This document shows, piece by piece, positions 63,871-64,000 of a stretch of 64,000 bases of DNA (positions are counted from its first letter, which is position 1; every line of letters starts with the position of its first letter). A program made the translations under genes and the position numbers. This DNA comes from Octopus vulgaris (lineage: Eukaryota): the NCBI GenBank assembly GCA_951406725.2, contig OX597816.1, positions 53,072,001-53,136,000 on the forward strand, given 5' to 3'. The notes under the pieces are model-generated. The model was not told the origin of the DNA. It saw nothing but the letters and a program-made list of their open reading frames with translations, and made no database searches.

Positions 63871-64000
63871 AGCTTGCTTAGCAACCACATGGTTCTACAT
63901 CATTAAACCATTATTATTCCTGAAAAGCTGTTTTTTATACCTTTTATGCATTACTCAAAGCTTGCTAACTTCCTACACCTTGATCCTTGGATCTTACCTT

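Overview
AT-rich, repeat-saturated animal genomic DNA, intronic or intergenic. The mix of tRNA-derived SINEs, RTE LINEs, Penelope-like elements (PLEs) and dense microsatellites resembles octopus/cephalopod DNA (inference, no database check). No host protein-coding gene can be supported. Almost all ORFs in the track come from microsatellites or SINEs. Recognisable coding remnants are all transposon-derived: a nearly intact 5'-truncated RTE reverse transcriptase with an internal PHD finger (44.5-46.7 kb, minus strand), two PLE GIY-YIG endonuclease remnants, mariner and maT transposase relics, and a LINE C-terminal zinc knuckle. The most interesting layer is non-coding. There are several distinct families of minimal type I hammerhead ribozyme (HHR) motifs in PLE-type terminal repeats. 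They include one with a G3-C8 swapped core, a tandem pair 456 nt apart (retrozyme-like), and copies with an intact core at ~41.0 kb (minus) and ~58.9 kb (plus). Also present are a ~555-bp non-coding element found only inside (AAT)n tracts and stacked in tandem, a ~930-bp diverged foldback, two non-autonomous Helitrons and a locally templated inverted insertion. Coordinates were read by eye and repeat boundaries are approximate.
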